From assembly GCA_951406725.2 (NCBI GenBank), contig OX597815.1, forward strand, positions 34,348,001 to 34,412,000: DNA of 64,000 nt, read 5' to 3'. Position numbers and translations under genes: made by a program. This DNA comes from Octopus vulgaris (taxonomy: Eukaryota). The notes beneath the pieces were generated by a model. The model made no database searches and was not told the origin of the DNA. It saw only the letters and a program-made list of their open reading frames with translations. Positions 54,755-64,000 of this stretch are shown piece after piece. Every line of letters begins with the position of its first letter. The first letter of the stretch is position 1.

Positions 54755-55380
54755 TTTATTTGTCTCAGTCATTTGACTGCGATCATGCTGGAGCACCGTC
54801 TTGTAGGAGAATTTTTAGTCGAACGAATCGACCCCAGTATTTCTCTTAAAACCTGGTACATATTCTATCGGTCTCTTTCGCCGAACCGCTAAATTACGGA
54901 GATGCAAACACACCAGCACTGGTTGTCAAGTGATAGGGTGAGAAACAGACACAAACACACACACACGTGTGTGTGTGCTTTATTATTAAAGCTGCAAAAA
55001 CATCACAAAAGTATCACAAATATTTGCTACTCAGAGTTTCGTGTTCCCGTTCATCGAGCAGTTGTGATCAAGAACTGCCCTATGAGCGGGAACGGGAAAC
55101 TCTGAGTAGTAGTTTCTTTGTAATATCTTTGTGATGTTTTGCAGCTTTAATAATAAAGCATATTACTCTACCTCCGGTATTTGAGTACTATTTTTTCCCA
55201 CTGTGTTTCACATTTATGTGCTTGTTCGGGTGTATATATATATATATACGACGGACTTCTTTCAGTTTTTCGTCTTTCAAATCCATTCACATTTTGGTCG
55301 GCTCGAGGCTATAACAAAGGAAACCTACCCAAGGTGCCATGCATATATTTCTCCATATGGTTGGGAAACAAACTTCTTTA
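54755..55380 (-). mobile_element. SINE family A, interrupted at its internal microsatellite
   Basis: Tail half ~54755-54965, head half ~55245-55380. Confidence 0.75.
54976..55235. mobile_element. fold-back element with a degenerate hammerhead in each arm
   Basis: Arms 54976-55063 / 55073-55160; two-arm consensus CTGC-CCGATGA-GCG-GGAA-CGC-GAAAC-TCTGA-GTA-GYA. Confidence 0.6.
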
Positions 55381-55794
55381 TTTCATAAATTTGTCATATA
55401 GACAGTACAAAGAGCTTTGCGGGCTGGACAAATACGTTAATGAATGAAAATGAAATATAATGAATAAATGAGAGACGAAACCCAACACCCGCCGATTGGA
55501 TTTTTCTCGGAAACATATTTTCTTTTTTTTTTTTTAATCAATATGAGGTTTCAAAACCTCTTACAAGGAGAAGGCACTAAAACCTCTTACTTAACACGTT
55601 TTCTTTTTTTTTTTCTTTCTTAAAGCACACAATTGAGGTTATAAACCACTACAAAATAATCCAATAAGATGAGGTTTCAAACCCTGTAACGAGGGTCTTT
55701 CACCTCCTACTCTTCGATATATCCATCGATATATTCATCATTATCTTCAATGCCGCTTGAGTTCCTGTATCCCGCCATTTCCCATGCCTCAGCG

Positions 55795-56020
55795 GCGAGC
55801 TGGCAGAAACGTTAGCACGCCGGGCGAAATGCTTAGCGGTATTTCGTCTGCGTTACGTTGTGAGTTCAAATTCCGCCGAGGTCGACTTTGCCTTTCATCC
55901 TTTCGGGGTCGATAAATTAAGTACCAGTTACGCACTGGGGTCGATGTAATCGAATTAATACCTATGTCTGTCCTTGTTTGTCCCCTCTGTGTTTAGCCCC
56001 TTGTGGGTAATAAAGAAATT
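55795..56020 (+). mobile_element. SINE family B, near-consensus copy nested in the ORF1-only element
   Basis: GAGCTGGCAGAAACGTTAGCAC...AATAAAGAAAT. Confidence 0.92.
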
Positions 56021-56218
56021 GGTAAGTCGTGTAAGGGCCACCCGGCCATATGCGACACTCCTCCCCAAATCCTTTAAGCCTTTCCCACAAGGGAAACCTT
56101 ATGACCTTCACAGCTATCTGCGGAGGCTATTCGGGATCCCGTGTGAAGGGCATATCTACTGTTTCTTTATGTTCTTCTACTATTTTTTCCACCTCCCCGC
56201 CCTTGTAGAAAAAGGTAA

Positions 56219-57197
56219 TTAATTGATCATCTTTAAGGGTGGTAGTGGTTTCTTCCACCATGGGTGGCACAACTTCGGGACATGCAGTCGGCACATCATC
56301 TCCCCGCTGAGATGACCCGTTCTTCTTCCTTCTTTTTTTCTTTTCTTCCTGGCTTCGGGAGAGTGGAGCTCTTCCGCTTTGTCCGGAGACTCTTCCCCGC
56401 CTTCCGAAGCCTTAGGTTCCTTCGGCGGGCAACTATTGTTGCCCGCCTTCTTCCTTTTTAATCCTTTTTGAGTTGAGGAGGCTGAAGTCTCCTCGACCAC
56501 ATCCACCTCTCCCTTTGACCGGGTAGAGGAGGTGGCATCTAGTGACTGTTCCAGGAACTTACCATGGTCCTGGGGGCAGTTCCTTTTAATGTGGCCTGGC
56601 TGCAGGCACGAGTGACACTTTGGGGGACGTCCCTCAAGTATCACCGGATACCTGCAGCCAGGCCATTTTCAAGAAGTCTGCAAAAACCAGTTCTGTTGCG
56701 GCCGATGGGGTCCACAGGGTCAAAATCGCTTTTGACCCTTCCCAATCGACCGCCGGCAATACTCTTACATTTAAGAGCCTGGGCCCGCCATCCCCCAGTC
56801 CCCGTAGGATGGTATCTTCAATCCAATCCGCTTCGGTGCCCGGGGGGAGCCCACATACCTAGGCTCGTATTAACTTTCTTCCACAATATGACGGGAGAAA
56901 CAGAATTTCCTTGCCTTCTAAAGGCTGACTCGCAAACTGGCGAGCCTTTTTCTCGTTGTCAAACAGCAACCATACGGTTGCATGTTTGACACCACGGGAT
57001 ATATATTTTACAGAGGACAAATGTTCTTTAAAATCATTTTTTATGACTTGTTTTGGGAAGACGGTGATGGAATTAAGAACTTTAGAATACGTTCTAAGTA
57101 CCATCGTCTTCTCCTCCATATCTTTTAACCATTGCTTAGGCGGGTTAATTTCCCACTCTAAGACAGAGTTTTTCTTTTTAAGTTCCTTCTCTGCCAT
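56219..57197 (-). pseudogene. ORF1/gag-like protein with a CX2CX4HX4C zinc knuckle
   Basis: MAEKELKK..LIRA*VCGLPPG.. reads on past one stop (56859-56861) and one frameshift (~56650) into CHSCLQPGHIKRNC and a basic tail. Confidence 0.75.
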
Positions 57198-58094
57198 GTC
57201 AAAAAACAGTTCAAAAGTAGTTCAAAAGACAGTCTGCCAAAAAATTAAACCGAATAAAAATAAAACAAAATAAAAGAGGAGGGGAGGAAACTGAAATTAA
57301 AGTAATGAAAAGAATGAACCAAAATTTAGAAAGAAAGAAAAAATAGAAGAAGGGAAAAATAAAAGAAACACCTCACAAAAAGCACAGACTAGGAATCCTT
57401 TGTATAATACTCCAAAAAGGTAATCCAAATGGCTTATTCTTATTTTTCTGGCGAGATACGTCCTCTAAAATTTACAATAAGCATTTTTAAGCAAAAATTC
57501 TCAATTCACCGTTACGGTGATGAGAACCCAGTATTTTGCTCACTATAGCGAGCCATAATTGACAATTTTTCTTTTTGTTCTTTTTTTTCTATTCGCGGAG
57601 CCGAAACTCACATCTGCTCACTGTAACAGCCCAGACCAACTAGTGTTGCATTCTGGGTAAACAAGCTTCTTATCACACAGCCACACCTGCGACAGCACAA
57701 TTATACATAATTTAGTTAATGTTGCTTCCCTCTAAAATATTAGTCTTTTTAGGGTTAGAAAATATTTTAACTTCGATCAGTTTCTGACTCCCCTACAAAA
57801 CATAAGGCCCACATTAGAGTCGTGATACCTAGAATGGTTCTGCTGCTGCATACACAACTATTCGAGACAAAATCCAAAAGAAGGTTCAAGATTCTCTTAC
57901 TAACAATTGCACATTTTTCCCTGTCTTTTCTCTATACCGCTGTTACAATGGTTTTTGTCTCTCTACGTTAGCTTACTGCTTACTCATTCCATCCCAGCTC
58001 ACCCAACACTTTAGTCTCTCTCTTCCACTTTTTACTCCTTCAATAGTATCTCTTCCCAAATCCCACACTAAAAGAGCCCTATTCTAAATTGATT

Positions 58095-58290
58095 TCAAAT
58101 TTTGGTACAAGGCTATCAAATTCGGGGAGGGAACAAGCCGATGTAATCGACTCCAGTACTTAACTGGTACTTATTGTATTGATCCCGAAAGGATCAAAGT
58201 CAAAGACGACCTCGGCAGAATTTGAAGACAGACGACATAGTACTTAACATTTTGCCCGGCGTCTTAACGATTCTACCAGTTCACTGCCTT
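58095..58290 (-). mobile_element. SINE family B, alternative-tail variant, old copy
   Basis: TTTCAAATTTTGGTACAAGGC..TAACGATTCTACCAGTTCACTGCC. Confidence 0.75.
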
Positions 58291-58292
58291 AT

Positions 58293-58505
58293 TCTTATTT
58301 CTTTATTGCCCACAAGGGGCTAAACACAGAGAGGACAAACAAGGACAGACAAAGGGATTAAGTCGATTACATTGACCCCAGTGCGTAACTGGTACTTAAT
58401 TTATCGACCCCGAAAGGATGAAAGGCAAAGTCGACCTCGGCGGAATTTGAACTCAGAACGTACAGACAGACGAAATATCGCAAACGTTTCTGCCAGCTCG
58501 CCGCC
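58293..58505 (-). mobile_element. SINE family B, younger copy with TSD
   Basis: CCTTATTCTTA flanks both sides. Confidence 0.9.
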
Positions 58506-60366
58506 TTATTCTTAACTACCGTTTATACTTATTACTTAAAAATAAGCTCAATGCCTTATTCTTAACTACCAGAACTGCATCTCCCTGGAATTCTATCTTC
58601 TTGCTGCTGTTTAGGCTACATATCAAGTACATCAACTATACCAGCAATTGAGATCCTAGTCCACGTGCACGTCCCTCGCCCTTTCACTAGCTAACATAAA
58701 GTATTGAACTAGGAACTGAAAAGTTATTTCAAAAAAGCCACAAGCATTGGTTTGACTTATTCAATACTAATTATGTATAACTCAGTTTTAAAAGTATTGC
58801 TTTCTTTGGTCGTAAATAAATGCGACCACCCATATATATACTACAATACTCGTTTAAAACAAATTTGATAAAATATATTAAGAAATACTGTTAGGTCATA
58901 GTCAAATTCCTGGAGAAGTTGCTTTTAATTATATAGCGTTTCTACTTATTAAAATTGAATAACGTGGATATTGAATACATATCGTATAAACCAAGCAGAA
59001 AACAAAGTAAAAAAACGAGCACCAGTGTAATTAATATCTTTGTTTACATTCAATATAAATGTACCATTTCGAATCCGTTTTGGCTTATAATATATTAATT
59101 GTTTTAATAATTGCAATAAGAAATTGAATGCTGAAAGTCAACATAAATTTGATTTGAAAGAGCTTTTACTTCGATGCTAATATCATTAGTCGTATTTAGA
59201 ATTCATTAAAATCATAAAACACACCCAAACAACTTAACATTTTCATTTAATAGTCAAACCATATCGAAATTCTTGATCGAATGTTACAAATGGAAAGTTT
59301 CTATTGTTGCTTCAGGTCAAAATTGTGTTGTTTAAATGGCTACAGAAGATAATCTGTTGTAAAATACTTATAATTTCTTAGGGGCATAAGAAGAATACAC
59401 TTAATTTATGTGGTCGACATGAAAACTATTTTGGTTTCTTGCGTTTAACCTGTGATATAGGTCACATTATTCAATGAAAACCTTTTGGAGTGTTTGATAA
59501 AAGAATAGTGCAGCAGTTACCATTATAACATTCAGAGCAATAGTTACCATTATAGATGCTAGATTAAAATTTGGTTAGAGGCTATTTTTGAGCATGCAAA
59601 ATATAGAAGGAGAAGAAAGAGGAATAAAAAAAATCAATATGATCGTTTTTTCATTCAGAATAATATTGGAACCGAAAGCTGGAGATGTATAAGAAATTGT
59701 GTAAATACGACACGAGATTGTCAAGTAGCGATTAATAAAGAAATAAAGAAGAAACTACTGCCTAATGTGCTTTTAAAATGGAAAAGATTTAATACCATGT
59801 AAGACAATCTAGAAGTGGTGCGAGAAGAGGTCAGGTGAGAAAGCAAAATATTCCACGAAGTGGTACTTAAATTCTAACATTGTTTACTGAATTTTTGACC
59901 AGATTTTCTTAAACACGTTGCTAAGGTCAAAGGTTATGAATCTAACCCCCCACCCCACCATCTCACTTCGAAGAACGTATCCATTTTTAGCTGATATCGG
60001 AGAAGACATCATAAATGGAAATTCTCCAATAAAATCTTGCCAAGAATTATTTCAGAAAAGTACAAGATTCGATCTAGTAATAGTGTCAGCCAACCAATTA
60101 GTAATTCTCTGATTGTTTTCAATAACATTGGCAATTTCATCCCAGACACGTCTTTACATAAATATTTAAGCGATATACAGAAACAAACAAACAAAAAAAA
60201 AAACAAGGGCGGCTGGGAGTGGGCAGAAATTATACCGAATCACACTAAATGACTTCTTGCTTCAAATCCCGAACTCAACTTTGATTCTCACCACTCCACC
60301 GTCGATGAAACGTCGTTTCAAATTGATGACACCCACCTCTGCAAACATGTAACCTTGTATCAATTC

Positions 60367-62987
<2,621 letters not shown>

Positions 62988-63002
62988 CATTATTATTATT
63001 TG

Positions 63003-63224
63003 GGCCGCGAGCTGGCAGGATCGTTAGCATGCCGGGTGAAATGCTTAGCGGTATTTCGTTCGTCTCTACGTTCTGAGTTCAGATTCCGCCGAGTTCGTCT
63101 TTGCCCTTCTTCCGTTCGGGATCGATAAAAAGAATACCACTTGAGCACTGGGGTCGATCTAATCGACTTACGCCCCAAACCCGAAACTGCTAGCCTTGTG
63201 CCAAAATTCAAAACCAGTATTAAA

Positions 63225-63225
<1 letters not shown>
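63003..63225 (+). mobile_element. SINE family B, alternative-tail variant
   Basis: GAGCTGGCAGGATCGTTAGCATGCCGGG..GCCTTGTGCCAAAATTCAAAACC, followed by (TTA)n. Confidence 0.82.
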
Positions 63226-63278
<53 letters not shown>

Positions 63279-64000
63279 GTTTTCATTTTTTTTTACTATT
63301 TGTCAATGTTAATATTTCCTCTGATCCGATATTAGTTTTGGCTAGATTATTATTAGTATCATCATTATTATTATTATCACTATTATTACCAACATGGTTA
63401 TTATTTCCATTTATTATTAAAAGGTATTATGCAATGTTGTGTTTAGTTTCAACTTTCGTCTTGTACTTGAGATAATCGTAATTACGTGAGGGTTTAAGGA
63501 ACAAGAGAAACAGCTTGGTGAATAGATTAAATTCCACAGATCTGTGAATAGATTCGGCAGATGGTGAAGAGATCAACAATGGGCATTCCTGTGCGATAAG
63601 GAAACAAAAGAGGTCTCACACCTTTGGGGTCAGCAGAGGTCAAATGTGTTTACTACTACTAGCGATCAACTGGGAGCGCTGACGTTGGCCTTGAAAATAA
63701 CCAATTCACCTTGTTCTATTTTTAATTACTGATAGAAAAATGATCATATGTATATATACTGATGTTCACCTCGTTGAATTTTTGAATTTCTGAATCTTTT
63801 TTTCTTTTATATTTTTCTTCCTTTTTATAAGTTTTGTTGTGGTTTGCAGTTCTTGTAATTGTGCAGTTTCTATATATTGGCGGGTGCTTACCTCCTTAAT
63901 TTTTCTGTTTTTTTTAAAATTATTTTTTATCGCACATTTGTGTTATTGCAATAAAAGGCATGTTTACATATTAGGGTAGTCAGGGAGGAAAAAAAAGATA

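Larger units (their letters stand above)
55516..57640 (-). mobile_element. ORF1-only (L1/Tx1-like) non-LTR element with poly(A)
   Basis: ORF1-like CDS, no RT sequence, A-tract at ~55520-55535 on the minus strand; 5' limit approximate. Confidence 0.6.

Overview
Eukaryotic, AT-rich, microsatellite-dense genomic DNA. I found no host protein-coding exon. The SINE families look like those of octopus/cephalopod genomes (recognition, not a database result). Most ORFs in the track come from microsatellites. The real coding remnants all belong to transposons: a near-complete CR1-group LINE ORF2 (15.5-18.5 kb, -), several mariner elements, R4/Dong-like LINEs next to (TAA)n, a Penelope-like (Neptune-type) GIY-YIG fragment, and two zinc-knuckle ORF1-like elements. 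Also present are three tRNA-derived SINE families, two non-autonomous Helitrons and two MITEs with target-site duplications (TSDs). The most interesting signal is non-coding: several unrelated small elements inserted in (TA)n/(CA)n tracts carry type I hammerhead-ribozyme folds. One is a retrozyme-like 360-bp unit present in 1.4 tandem copies (31.7-32.2 kb). Another has an intact catalytic core and a long stem II inside a 136-bp inverted repeat (14.3 kb). Also notable: a SINE and LINE sharing a 3' tail with a covarying hairpin, and an inverted duplication that splits a mariner element into complementary halves. All structures were folded and aligned by eye.
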